64,000 nucleotides of DNA from Candidatus Nomurabacteria bacterium (GCA_023898465.1 CP060223.1:192001-256000), one strand, 5' to 3'; shown: positions 19,718 to 29,498, counted from the first letter of the stretch. A program made the numbers and translations. Notes: a model not told the origin generated them from the letters alone.

Positions 19718-22700
19718 ATGGCATTTGTACAACGACATTCACGAGCACTATTTATCAGTATATTCGCAACACTTGTTATAGTGGCTGCTGGACTTCTTAT
19801 TGCAAAGGTTAGTTTTGCTGGGCTCGAGTGGGAGCCGCAAAAACCTCCAGAAGTATATCAGAATAACAGTAGCATCGACTTCTATAAAGTTGATTTCCAA
19901 CAAAACCCCAGCGATAATAAATACTATGGTTGGGTGGTAGGTGAGGACTTAAGCGGTAAACAATCAAGCCTCCTTTACTTTAATGGCGCTTTTTGGAAAT
20001 CAATTACCGACGACGGTTTGGGTGCGGGGTCGACATCGGACCTCTTTGATGTTTCCGCTGTTTGGAATTCAGATATTGATCAGTATCTTGTTTGGGCAGT
20101 AGGGGAAAATCAAGCGCTCTGGTATTTAACTGACAGCGAGACTGTGTGTAATAGTGAAGCTATCCCATGTCCTGATAGTCCAGCTGGAGCTGTGACTTTA
20201 AATTCGGTTGAAGGTGCTTGGTATAGCGGAGATGATAAAGTTGCCTTTTTTGTAGGTGATAACGGGCACATTTATCATGCAGTGGCTGATGATTACCAAA
20301 GCGCATTCGCCTACACCGCAGCATTTGCTACGAGCGGGACCATCCGCGATATTGATTCTTTTGACGCTGCACATACTTGGGCAGTATCAAGTGATGGCAA
20401 GATATATTTTAATAGCGATTATCTGACAAACTCGTGGGTGCAACAAGCCTCTTTCCCAGGCATTGATTTTACAGGAGTGTCAGCGGCAGATGCCAGCCAC
20501 GTATGGGCTTCGGCAATTAACGGCACAAAAGGTCAAATTTATTTTTACGACGGGTCCACCTGGTCGCTCCAATTCACTACAGTGCTTGATATTCCGCTTC
20601 ATGATGTGAGTGCATTTTATAATCCTACTTTATCTATTTATAATGCCTTTGCGGTTGGTGATATTGATTCCTCTACAGGCAACGGAGGTGTTTATCAATA
20701 TAATGGTACAATTTGGGAACGGCAGGATTCAAATAATAATGGTGAAGTATTACGCGGCATTTCTGCTGCCAGCCTTATTGAGATACGAGCCGTTGGTGCG
20801 AACACCACACTCTTAACCAGCTCACCGGGAAATATATTTGGTTGGATTTGGCTAGGATCAAGCACAAGTAATGGAAGTGGCGATGCGCTGGGATGGGGAA
20901 GCGGAAGCTGCGCTAATCTTGATAGTTGTGAAAGTGCTGGCTTTACTTACGGCGTAAACATCCGCCGCAGTGGCACCAGTCAAGGTGCTTTGTCTGGTTA
21001 CTTTTGGCTAGGGAATGCTGATCCGGATGCTTATATTCCAAATGACTGTGACACCGATCCAGGCGTCGAAGCTTGTCAATCTAATTCGAGCATTAGCTGC
21101 ACTACTGATTTTGAATGTCGTTGCGCTATTAATTCAGCAGCTTGTTTTTCAACTGGTTGGATGTCGTTTAACAAAAAAGGCTCGGATGGTGTGACTGATG
21201 AGGCTGGCACACCTCCAGCTGCACCGTACAATGATGGTGCGCAAAACTATATTGCTCGATTTGATGCAAAGACGGGTAAGGTAACTGGCTGGGCTCGTTT
21301 ACTTTCCTTATACGAAGATCCAAGCACTGGTGGCTGGATTCGTTTGCGAGGGAATGCAGTTACTCCGAATGTAGGTGACTTACCAGTCCGAGACTGTAAA
21401 AATTGTGGCAAATTCTGCAGTCTCGACACTACGTATAAGTGTACAGTTGACGCTGACTGTAATGTAGACGCAGACGGTGATGGAACAGATGAAAACTACG
21501 GCCCGTGTAATGTGAGTGTTTGTAAGATTTGTAATGCTTTAAATGATGAAACAATCGTTTCTGCAAACATGTGCTCAAATACCGGCGGCACCTCATGTAC
21601 GCGACGTTGTGAGCTTAACAACAGTATTACCTGTACCGATGATGCAGATTGTATAGGATTTGGCTCATGTGTGAATGAGACTTTTTGTGATTCTTGTGTG
21701 ACCTATGACCAATATGGTGTAGCGATTGATGACGCAACTGGTAAGATTACCGGCTATGCTTGGAGTGGCGCGTCTACTACATATGGTCAACTTGGCTGGA
21801 TTGATTTTAATCGAGCAAACTATTATAGCCAGGCTTGGTTACAGACCCAATTTGGGAATATCTACGCTCAAGCTGATATCGGTAGCGTTGGTACGCCAGC
21901 TGCTCCAGAGGGTAAATGTAATGCGACATACGTGATTAGTGCAGCTGGTACCATCACTAACTTCTGTTCGCGCTACGAAGAAATCGATCCAACCGCCCCG
22001 CCAGGGGACTACACCACTCGCCCCTTCATCCAGCAAAACTACGATGAAATTTATTATCCAACCGAGGCAAATAACTATACGAACGTCCTAGGAAAATTGG
22101 ATCCAGATGCTCTGGTGCAGGATGTGGGCGCTGGAAAAAATAAATATGGCGATGAAATCATTACGGTAAACAGCGATGCTGATTTACTTGACCTTGGCTT
22201 GTGTGATGCTGACGGAGTAACGCTTGATGGCAAGGTATATCATGTGGTTGGAAATCTCAGTATCGGTGTCTGTAATCCTGGTAGCGGTGATGTTACTGAA
22301 TTGATTATTAAGAATTCTTCACTCGCCAGTGGGTCAGGGACAATAGTGGTTGATGGTAATCTCACCATTGATATGAATATAAGCTACGAACAAAGTTCAA
22401 TCTCTAATATTAGAGATTTGGCCTCCCTGGGTGTGATGGTGAAGAAAAATATGATAGTGACTGGTGATGTAGATTCAATCGTCGGCTCCTATATCGTCTT
22501 TGGAACCGATGAGACAGAAGCTAATAAATTTAGTGGAATTAAGATTGAAAACTCCTTAATCGAACGCTCCTTTAGTGCGCAAGGTCTCATGATCGCCCGA
22601 GGCTTCAAATTCGAGCGCACATATCGTGGCACCTTAATCGATCCACAACCAGCTGAGCAGGTGGTATACGATGGACGGGTGATTGCAAATACGCCGCCAG

Positions 22701-22756
22701 GATTCCGTGATTTTGCGAAAGTCTTACCAGTTATTCGAGAAACCATACCTTTTTAA
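19718..22756 (+). CDS. Large membrane-anchored/secreted surface protein G (BNR/Ycf48-like beta-propeller, Cys-rich repeats, beta-helix-like C-terminus)
   Basis: 1012 aa; N-terminal TM/signal (…AKVSFA|GLEWEPQ); repeats of type YxxWAVGxxG; Cys-dense region with repeated DxxTGK[VI]TG[WY]A units; no catalytic motif recognised. Confidence 0.55.
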   Translation: MAFVQRHSRALFISIFATLVIVAAGLLIAKVSFAGLEWEPQKPPEVYQNNSSIDFYKVDFQQNPSDNKYYGWVVGEDLSGKQSSLLYFNGAFWKSITDDGLGAGSTSDLFDVSAVWNSDIDQYLVWAVGENQALWYLTDSETVCNSEAIPCPDSPAGAVTLNSVEGAWYSGDDKVAFFVGDNGHIYHAVADDYQSAFAYTAAFATSGTIRDIDSFDAAHTWAVSSDGKIYFNSDYLTNSWVQQASFPGIDFTGVSAADASHVWASAINGTKGQIYFYDGSTWSLQFTTVLDIPLHDVSAFYNPTLSIYNAFAVGDIDSSTGNGGVYQYNGTIWERQDSNNNGEVLRGISAASLIEIRAVGANTTLLTSSPGNIFGWIWLGSSTSNGSGDALGWGSGSCANLDSCESAGFTYGVNIRRSGTSQGALSGYFWLGNADPDAYIPNDCDTDPGVEACQSNSSISCTTDFECRCAINSAACFSTGWMSFNKKGSDGVTDEAGTPPAAPYNDGAQNYIARFDAKTGKVTGWARLLSLYEDPSTGGWIRLRGNAVTPNVGDLPVRDCKNCGKFCSLDTTYKCTVDADCNVDADGDGTDENYGPCNVSVCKICNALNDETIVSANMCSNTGGTSCTRRCELNNSITCTDDADCIGFGSCVNETFCDSCVTYDQYGVAIDDATGKITGYAWSGASTTYGQLGWIDFNRANYYSQAWLQTQFGNIYAQADIGSVGTPAAPEGKCNATYVISAAGTITNFCSRYEEIDPTAPPGDYTTRPFIQQNYDEIYYPTEANNYTNVLGKLDPDALVQDVGAGKNKYGDEIITVNSDADLLDLGLCDADGVTLDGKVYHVVGNLSIGVCNPGSGDVTELIIKNSSLASGSGTIVVDGNLTIDMNISYEQSSISNIRDLASLGVMVKKNMIVTGDVDSIVGSYIVFGTDETEANKFSGIKIENSLIERSFSAQGLMIARGFKFERTYRGTLIDPQPAEQVVYDGRVIANTPPGFRDFAKVLPVIRETIPF

Positions 22757-22762
22757 GGTTTC

Positions 22763-22791
22763 TTGCGACAGAGTAAGAAAAATGCTATAAT
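22763..22791 (+). promoter_or_regulatory. Candidate sigma70 promoter of the pilM operon (TTGCGA-17-TATAAT)
   Basis: -35 TTGCGA 22763-22768, 17-nt spacer, -10 TATAAT 22786-22791, 47 nt upstream of pilM ATG. Confidence 0.45.
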
Positions 22792-22838
22792 TGATCGAGT
22801 TCATACACGTTTTTTCTAAATGATTAGGACGCTGGGGG

Positions 22839-23927
22839 ATGGGTTTATTTAACAAAAAAGAAAGCTATCTCGGGATTGATATCGGCACTTCTAGTATTAA
22901 AGTGTCTGAATTCAGAAACGAAGAAGGTCGTCCGCGCTTGTTAAGTTATGGCTTTGTCGAGCAACCAAGCGAGGTTTTAAAAAGCGATTCACCCGAAGCA
23001 ATCCAGCAAGTGGTGACTACCTTGTTAGGTGTGTTTAAAAAGGGCCATATGCAAAGCCGCAAAGTGGTTTCGGCTCTGCCTAGCTACGCAGTTTTCACAT
23101 CGATTTTGAGCTTGCCAGTAATGCCGAAGAAGGATTTATACTCGGCAATTCGCTGGGAGGCAAAAAAAATCGTCCCAATGTCCCTCGATGAAATGGTGCT
23201 AGACTGGCGCTTACTCCATGACCCAGAAGAGGCGACTGATGAAAAAGGTAAAAAGAGCAAAAAGGATCAAATAAGCAGTGGAGGTCCTAAAAATACCCGT
23301 GTGCTCATTACGGCAGCTCCAAAAAACTTAGTTAAACGTTACATTGATATATTTAAACTGGCTGAGCTCGAAATCGTCAGCCTAGAAACCGAGTCATTTG
23401 CCCTTGTTCGTTCACTTCTTGGACGAGATAATTCCACAGTGATGGTGGTGGATATCGGGGCAATTGCCACGGAAATAAGCGTTATACTCGATGGTATACC
23501 TTTTCTCAATCGAAGTATCGACGTAGGGGGAGAAACTATTACGAAATCAATAGCCAATAGTCTCAATATTGATGCAGAACGCGCTGAGCAAATTAAGCGC
23601 GACTTTGGCGTTATGAGTGGGCCGAGCACGAGTCAGATTCCTCGGGTTATTGAATTTGTCATGCAGAATATCGTGAATGAGATTCGCTATATTTTATCGA
23701 TGTATCAAAATCAGGGCGAAAAGCCAATTGAAAAAATTGTGTTGTCTGGTGGATCAGCCTTCCTGCCCAATTTGCCTAGCTATCTCGAGCAGATGATTAA
23801 GCTCAAATGCTATATTGGAGATCCGTGGGCTCGAGTAGTCTACCCAGTAGAATTAAAGCCAGTGCTAGATGAGATTGGACCACGCTTTGCCGTGGCAAAT
23901 GGTCTAGCCATGCGTGAAATTGTGTAA
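22839..23927 (+). CDS. pilM: Type IV pilus assembly protein PilM (actin-like ATPase fold)
   Basis: 362 aa; N-terminal LGIDIGTSSIKVSEF and overall PilM/FtsA-like architecture. Confidence 0.85.
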   Translation: MGLFNKKESYLGIDIGTSSIKVSEFRNEEGRPRLLSYGFVEQPSEVLKSDSPEAIQQVVTTLLGVFKKGHMQSRKVVSALPSYAVFTSILSLPVMPKKDLYSAIRWEAKKIVPMSLDEMVLDWRLLHDPEEATDEKGKKSKKDQISSGGPKNTRVLITAAPKNLVKRYIDIFKLAELEIVSLETESFALVRSLLGRDNSTVMVVDIGAIATEISVILDGIPFLNRSIDVGGETITKSIANSLNIDAERAEQIKRDFGVMSGPSTSQIPRVIEFVMQNIVNEIRYILSMYQNQGEKPIEKIVLSGGSAFLPNLPSYLEQMIKLKCYIGDPWARVVYPVELKPVLDEIGPRFAVANGLAMREIV

Positions 23928-23930
23928 TCT

Positions 23931-25244
23931 ATGGATATTAATCTCCTAAAAGATACTCAGCGATCTGAGGACCAGAAGAAAAAACAGTTGAACTCAACTG
24001 GTAATCAGGAGATGACAAATCCAGACAAGCTCCCGCCCGCTAAACCGGAGCCAAAGCTGCCTTCACGCTTTAGCACCTGGCTACAATCCCTCCGTGGTAA
24101 AAAAAATCCTAAAGAAATGCAAGAGGAAGAAATTATTCAAGAACCAATAAAAGCCCCAAAAAGTCCAACATTTGATGAGAGCGCTCGACCCAAGACCGAG
24201 GATATTTTTGCTGACCTCGACACACCCTCTTCTCAGCCTGAGTCAAATCCAGAGCCAATCATGTCAGATGAAGAGTCTTTACAAACCTTTACGCCGCCAG
24301 AGCCTAAGAAAAAGCAAGCAATGCCCAATGCGGTGAAACCCCCACGCTTCACTCAGAAGATGGAAGAAATTAAAATGACGCCTCCGCCAGAGTTACCCAA
24401 GAAAAAGGTAAAGCAGCCAAAAATTTCCTCATCGCGCGACCAATCCTTTTTGGTAAACTTGCTGCCAACTGAGTTTCAGCGATCAATTGACCCCCGTTCG
24501 AAATTAATCAGCCTGGGAATTACCGTTTTAATCACCGCCTTAGTGATTGGAGCTGCCTATGGAGCGTTGACGCTCTACCGCACCTCTATTTTAGAGCAGA
24601 TTCAGAGTCTACGTACGGAGCGCTCGGTTGTAGAAAGTACTATTAGCGATTTGCGCCCGAGTCAGCGTGAGGCGATTACCACAAAAGAGCGGACTGAATT
24701 GGTAAAGACCTTACTTGACCAGCACGTGTATTGGACAAGGTTTTTTGAAAAGCTTGAGGAATATACCATTGATGACGTGTATTACATTGGTGCCTTTAAT
24801 GGAAGTCTGGGTGGTCAAATTACGCTTTCGGCAGTTGGCACTTCCTTTAGTGCTCCGGCGCGCCAGTTAATTGCTTTTCAACAAGCCAGCGACTTTGTTT
24901 CCAGCGTGCGAATTACCTCAGCCCGTTCGGCTGATTCAGCCACTGGAACCACCGTCGGCAGCACCGGCACTGAGCAGATTTCTTTTTCGGTAACACTAAG
25001 CCTACTGCCTGACCTTTTCTATTATGATGCTTCTACCTTCCCCTTAGAGCGAATCGGCAATGTAACAACACCTTTGCCCGGTGACACTTCGCTCTTACCT
25101 GGTGCAACCGGAGTACCGGACTTAGGGACATCCACCAATACCAATACTTCAGGAGCTACAAATACGAACACCTCGACAAATACTAATTCAAGTACGAATA
25201 CCAACACCAGCACGACGCTTAATAGCAATATCTCGAACCCATGA
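23931..25244 (+). CDS. pilN: PilN-like pilus assembly protein with long disordered K/E/P-rich N-terminal region and Thr/Asn-rich C-terminal tail
   Basis: 437 aa; single TM helix (LISLGITVLITALVIGAAYGALTLY) then PilN-like periplasmic region; C-terminal low-complexity TNTNTS… tail. Confidence 0.55.
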   Translation: MDINLLKDTQRSEDQKKKQLNSTGNQEMTNPDKLPPAKPEPKLPSRFSTWLQSLRGKKNPKEMQEEEIIQEPIKAPKSPTFDESARPKTEDIFADLDTPSSQPESNPEPIMSDEESLQTFTPPEPKKKQAMPNAVKPPRFTQKMEEIKMTPPPELPKKKVKQPKISSSRDQSFLVNLLPTEFQRSIDPRSKLISLGITVLITALVIGAAYGALTLYRTSILEQIQSLRTERSVVESTISDLRPSQREAITTKERTELVKTLLDQHVYWTRFFEKLEEYTIDDVYYIGAFNGSLGGQITLSAVGTSFSAPARQLIAFQQASDFVSSVRITSARSADSATGTTVGSTGTEQISFSVTLSLLPDLFYYDASTFPLERIGNVTTPLPGDTSLLPGATGVPDLGTSTNTNTSGATNTNTSTNTNSSTNTNTSTTLNSNISNP

Positions 25245-25909
25245 AAATCTTCGGCAAAAGCTTCACTGAATTCTTAATTGAGCAATACCGCTATGTATTA
25301 GTGGCGGTTGCGCTTATACTTGCTTTGGTCGGCTATCTGGTGTTTATTGGACCGGAATTGCAAGAAGTCCGTCGTTTCGGTACAGCTGACTTAAAAGATG
25401 AGAAATCGAAATTAGAAGATCGGAAAACCTATTTGACTCGTTTACAGGGCATGCTTGATGCCTATAGTACGCTGAATCAAAATAGTTTAAGCGAGTTAGA
25501 GGGGGTGCTACCGACCTATGAAGATATCCCTGACCTCTTCATTATTGTAGAGGACTTGGCCAAGCAGAGTGGCTTATCACTCAGTTCTGTTTCTATTAAT
25601 CCGGCGAATTTAGAATCCGAATCAAGCGCAGCCGGTGCAAGTACAACATCGCTGAGTCAGTTGGCTAAATCAAAGAACTTAAAAGCCTTTGACATCTCAG
25701 TGACGGCTATTAATGGTACTTCATACGAAGATTTCAAAGACTTTATTACGAATATCGAAAATAGCAACCGCCTGTTTGATGTGCGATCTATGCAGTTTAC
25801 GCCGGAGCCGCGTCAGTCAGCTGACCGTACGAGTGAGACCTCAGCTGCTACGACTCCGTACTCAATCAACTTGCGCACTTATTATATTGACGGTGAGGAG
25901 GCTTCCTAA
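25241..25909 (+). CDS. pilO: PilO-like pilus assembly protein
   Basis: 222 aa; N-terminal TM helix, coiled-coil, then PilO-like domain; position between pilN and pilB. Confidence 0.5.
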   Translation: MKIFGKSFTEFLIEQYRYVLVAVALILALVGYLVFIGPELQEVRRFGTADLKDEKSKLEDRKTYLTRLQGMLDAYSTLNQNSLSELEGVLPTYEDIPDLFIIVEDLAKQSGLSLSSVSINPANLESESSAAGASTTSLSQLAKSKNLKAFDISVTAINGTSYEDFKDFITNIENSNRLFDVRSMQFTPEPRQSADRTSETSAATTPYSINLRTYYIDGEEAS

Positions 25910-25912
25910 GCT

Positions 25913-26206
25913 ATGGCACTGGTACAGAAAAGCAATAAAAAGAGCGTCACTATTTTACTCAGCGTCCTGGTCGGTGTCACGGTGATTGGTTTACTTGTGT
26001 ATTTCCTGGTTATCGCTCCACCGGATGTTGATCCAAATGTGAATACCTCCAATAATATTGTGCAGAGAGATTTGCCAATCTACACTACCTTTGGCGAAGA
26101 CTTGTTTGATGATCCGCGTTTCCGCGCCCTCGTGCCCTATGGTGATCTGCCGGTTGATCTAGGTGACGTGGGGAGGACTAACCCATTTGAGAAGCCATCC
26201 CCATGA
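25913..26206 (+). CDS. Small membrane protein of unknown function in pilus operon
   Basis: 97 aa; single TM helix (VTILLSVLVGVTVIGLLVYFLVIA); no motif recognised. Confidence 0.4.
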   Translation: MALVQKSNKKSVTILLSVLVGVTVIGLLVYFLVIAPPDVDPNVNTSNNIVQRDLPIYTTFGEDLFDDPRFRALVPYGDLPVDLGDVGRTNPFEKPSP

Positions 26207-27984
26207 GCGCTGCCCGACGTAGCAGCTCGGTTCAGGACGATTCCGTCTTAGGCATGCCTAGGGCGATTATTAATGACTTGGAAGAACGGGGATTAATCAG
26301 CGAGGAAACTCTAGCTCAATATGTAGAGCAGGCTAAAGCAAAGAAGTTTACCCTCGAACGGATTCTCTTAGATACTCGAGCAGTGAGGGAAGAGGATATC
26401 ACCAAAGCAAAGGGCAAGCTTTTTAACGTGCCCTATGTTGAGCTATTTGGAAAAATAGTACGCGCTGAGGTGCTGAATCTAATACCACAGGAGTTAGCGC
26501 AAAACTACAGCATGGTAGCCTTTAGCCGAGATGCTGATGAGCTATCTGTGGCAATGGTGAATCCATCTGACTTTAAGGCGCTAGAAGCAATTGAATTCAT
26601 TGCTCGTAAAAATCGCCTCAAATTAAAGTATTTCATTGCCTCGGAAACAGGCGTGAAGCACATATTGCAGCAATACGAGAGTCTTTCCGCTGAAGTTGAA
26701 GAAGCGCTCAAGGATACAGAGTCAGAAGGCGACGCAGAGGTAAAGTTAAACATTGCCGAGCCGGGCATGGAGGAGGTAATCCGCCAAGCTCCGGTTTCAA
26801 AGATGGTTTCGGTTATTATGCGACACGCAGTAGAGGGTAAAGCTTCTGACGTGCACATCGAGCCAGTCGGCAATGAATCTCGCATTCGCTATCGTATTGA
26901 TGGTGTGCTGCATACCTCGCTTGTGTTGCCAAAGCATGTCCATGCCTCAATCGTTGCGCGCATTAAGGTGCTGTCTAATTTGAAGATTGATGAAACGCGT
27001 GTGCCGCAAGATGGTCGCTTCCGCATGAATATTGACGGGAGAGATGTTGACTATCGTGTTTCTACACTGCCGCTCGTCAACCAAGAAAAAGTCGTGATGC
27101 GTATTCTCGACACTAGTGGCGCCATGACTGATTTGCAGGATTTGGGTTTCGACGGGCGCAATTACGAAATTATTCAGGAGAACATTGATAAATCCCACGG
27201 AATGATTTTAGTCACTGGTCCGACCGGTTCTGGTAAGTCAACCACCCTCTATGCCATTATGAGTCGCTTGAATGAGGAATCTGTGAATATTGTGACGCTG
27301 GAAGATCCGGTTGAATATTATATGAAAGGAGTAAACCAGTCACAAATTAATCCTGACGTTGGACTTACCTTTGCAGCAGGTTTGCGCTCCATCTTACGTC
27401 AGGACCCTGACATCGTCATGGTTGGAGAAATTCGGGATACTGAAACTGCAGATTTGGGTGTGCACGCCTCATTGACTGGTCACGTGGTACTCTCAACGCT
27501 TCACACCAACGACGCTTTTGGAGCAATACCGCGTTTTATTGACATGAAGATCGAACCATTCTTACTTGCTTCATCGCTCAATGTTGTCATTGCCCAACGC
27601 CTGGTCCGTCGTATTTGTCAGCATTGTACGACCACGATGGAGATACCGGCCGCCTTGCAAAAAGAGGTACAAGAGGGCTTAAAAGAATTAAAGCCTGAGC
27701 AGTTACCAAAAGGTATTAGTCTAAATTCGCCTAAGTTTTATCGAGGTAAAGGTTGTGTACGCTGTGAAAATACCGGCTATAAAGGCCGTGTTGCTATTGC
27801 TGAGGTGCTAGATATGACTGAAAATTTGAAGAAGGTGATCACTGGTGAACAGGCGAGAATTTTAGAGAACATTCACGAAGAATTTAATAGACAGGGCCTA
27901 TTAACCATGAAGCAGGATGGCTTACTGAAGGCTCTGCGCGGCTTAACCACCATTGAAGAGGTGTGGGACGCTACCCGAGAATAA
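26203..27984 (+). CDS. pilB: Type IV pilus assembly ATPase PilB (GspE family) with N-terminal T2SSE_N domain
   Basis: 593 aa; Walker A GPTGSGKSTT, Asp box DPDIVMVGEIRDTETA, His box TGHVVLSTLHTNDA, C-terminal tetracysteine CQHC…CVRC. Confidence 0.9.
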   Translation: MSAARRSSSVQDDSVLGMPRAIINDLEERGLISEETLAQYVEQAKAKKFTLERILLDTRAVREEDITKAKGKLFNVPYVELFGKIVRAEVLNLIPQELAQNYSMVAFSRDADELSVAMVNPSDFKALEAIEFIARKNRLKLKYFIASETGVKHILQQYESLSAEVEEALKDTESEGDAEVKLNIAEPGMEEVIRQAPVSKMVSVIMRHAVEGKASDVHIEPVGNESRIRYRIDGVLHTSLVLPKHVHASIVARIKVLSNLKIDETRVPQDGRFRMNIDGRDVDYRVSTLPLVNQEKVVMRILDTSGAMTDLQDLGFDGRNYEIIQENIDKSHGMILVTGPTGSGKSTTLYAIMSRLNEESVNIVTLEDPVEYYMKGVNQSQINPDVGLTFAAGLRSILRQDPDIVMVGEIRDTETADLGVHASLTGHVVLSTLHTNDAFGAIPRFIDMKIEPFLLASSLNVVIAQRLVRRICQHCTTTMEIPAALQKEVQEGLKELKPEQLPKGISLNSPKFYRGKGCVRCENTGYKGRVAIAEVLDMTENLKKVITGEQARILENIHEEFNRQGLLTMKQDGLLKALRGLTTIEEVWDATRE

Positions 27985-28008
27985 TTTTGCCAATAATTTT
28001 ATTACGCC

Positions 28009-28420
28009 TATGACAAAGGCAACAAGTAGTGCAAAAGAGCAGTCAAAAAAGAAGAATCCCCAAGTGCTTATTGTGGAGGATGATACCTTCCTGTCTGGAA
28101 TGTACGTCACCAAACTTGAGCTAGAGGGGATTGATGTAGAGTTGGCCAGTGATGGTCAGCAGGCTATTAATGTCGTGCAGAAGAGGAGACCAGATGTCAT
28201 CCTGCTCGATGTGGTGATGCCTAAGATGTCGGGATTCGATGTCTTGACTTGGTTAAAAAAGACCAAAGAGACAAAAGATATCCCGGTTATCTTATTAACC
28301 AATTTGGGAGAGAAAGAAGACGTACAAAAAGGCTTGAAGCTTGGCGCTGTCGATTATCTCATCAAAGCACATTTCTTGCCATCAGAAGTGGTAGAAAAGA
28401 TTAAGCGTATTGTTCGCTAG
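28009..28420 (+). CDS. Stand-alone response-regulator receiver (CheY-like REC) protein
   Basis: REC signature (…VLIVEDD…, …DVILLDVVMPKMSGFDV…, …PVILLTNLG…); start chosen at ATG 28009 (ORF track starts 27953 inside pilB); paralog of 42883 gene. Confidence 0.75.
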
Positions 28421-28421
28421 C

Positions 28422-29498
28422 ATGCCCTCATCCGACACTATAGCTATTCAGAAAATTTTGGCCTCGGCGGCTGATTATGGAGCCTCTGATATTCACATTG
28501 TGCCAGGTAATCCACCGACCCTGCGCGTGGACGGTAAATTAGTGCCTTTAGAGAATGAAGTAGTGGTCACGCCGGACCTGATGACCGCTTTAGAAGAACT
28601 TTTACTTACCCCTGAGCAACGTGAGCGTTTCCATGCTGACAAGGAGCTTGTCACAGCAACCAGCTTAGAGAATCGCCAACGTTTTAAAGCCAGCTTTTTT
28701 TACCAAAAGGGTTTACCAGCCAGTTCGCTCCGTTTAATTGCCAGCCGACCAAAGTCTGTCCGAGATTTAGGCTTACCGGATAATATTGAGGACCTCGCCC
28801 GTTTGTCATCTGGACTCGTGGTTATTTCAGGTCCCTACGGATCAGGACGGTCTTCAACGGTGTCCGCCTTACTCCAAACAATTAATCAGCAGCGCGCCGC
28901 TCATGTGGTTACGATTGAGTGGCCGATTGAGCATCTGTTTGTCAACGAGAAGAGTATGATAGAGCAGCGTGAAGTAGGTCGTGACACACAATCGTTTACC
29001 AAGGCGATTGAAACGGCAACTCGAGAAGATGTGGATGTGGTGATGGTGTCTGAGATGGAGGATCCAAATGTGGTGCAGTCAGTGTTGCAAATTGCCTCGA
29101 CTGATCGTTTAGTCGTGAGTATGTTATTAGCCGATTCGGTGCCGCAAACGGTAGAAAAAATCCTTGACGCATATCCGGCTGAGGAACAGGAGCAGGCTCG
29201 ACGTATTTTTGCCGAACATCTGGGTGGTATCGTGTGTCAGCGTCTCTTACCGCGTGTGGGCGGCGGGCGCATTGTGGTAGCAGAAATCCTGCTGCCCACT
29301 GATCCGGTGCGCGCCCTTATTCGCGATGGGCAGATTGGTCAGCTCAAGACTATGCTACAAAGCTCCCAAGAGGAGGGATTAGTTTCTTTTGATCGTTATT
29401 TAGCCGCTTTAGTACGTAATGGTGAAATATTAGTTGATGATGCATTAGCCAATGCAAATGATCGGGCCGAGCTCTCAGCCGCCCTACGAGGACGATAA
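28422..29498 (+). CDS. pilT: PilT-like retraction ATPase homolog with degenerate catalytic motifs (predicted pseudo-ATPase)
   Basis: Aligns along full length to canonical PilT but Walker A is GPYGSGRSST (Lys to Arg), EDPIE box is EWPIE, Asp-box Arg replaced (VSEMED), His box TGHLVFGTLHT replaced by TDRLVVSMLLA. Confidence 0.8.
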   Translation: MPSSDTIAIQKILASAADYGASDIHIVPGNPPTLRVDGKLVPLENEVVVTPDLMTALEELLLTPEQRERFHADKELVTATSLENRQRFKASFFYQKGLPASSLRLIASRPKSVRDLGLPDNIEDLARLSSGLVVISGPYGSGRSSTVSALLQTINQQRAAHVVTIEWPIEHLFVNEKSMIEQREVGRDTQSFTKAIETATREDVDVVMVSEMEDPNVVQSVLQIASTDRLVVSMLLADSVPQTVEKILDAYPAEEQEQARRIFAEHLGGIVCQRLLPRVGGGRIVVAEILLPTDPVRALIRDGQIGQLKTMLQSSQEEGLVSFDRYLAALVRNGEILVDDALANANDRAELSAALRGR

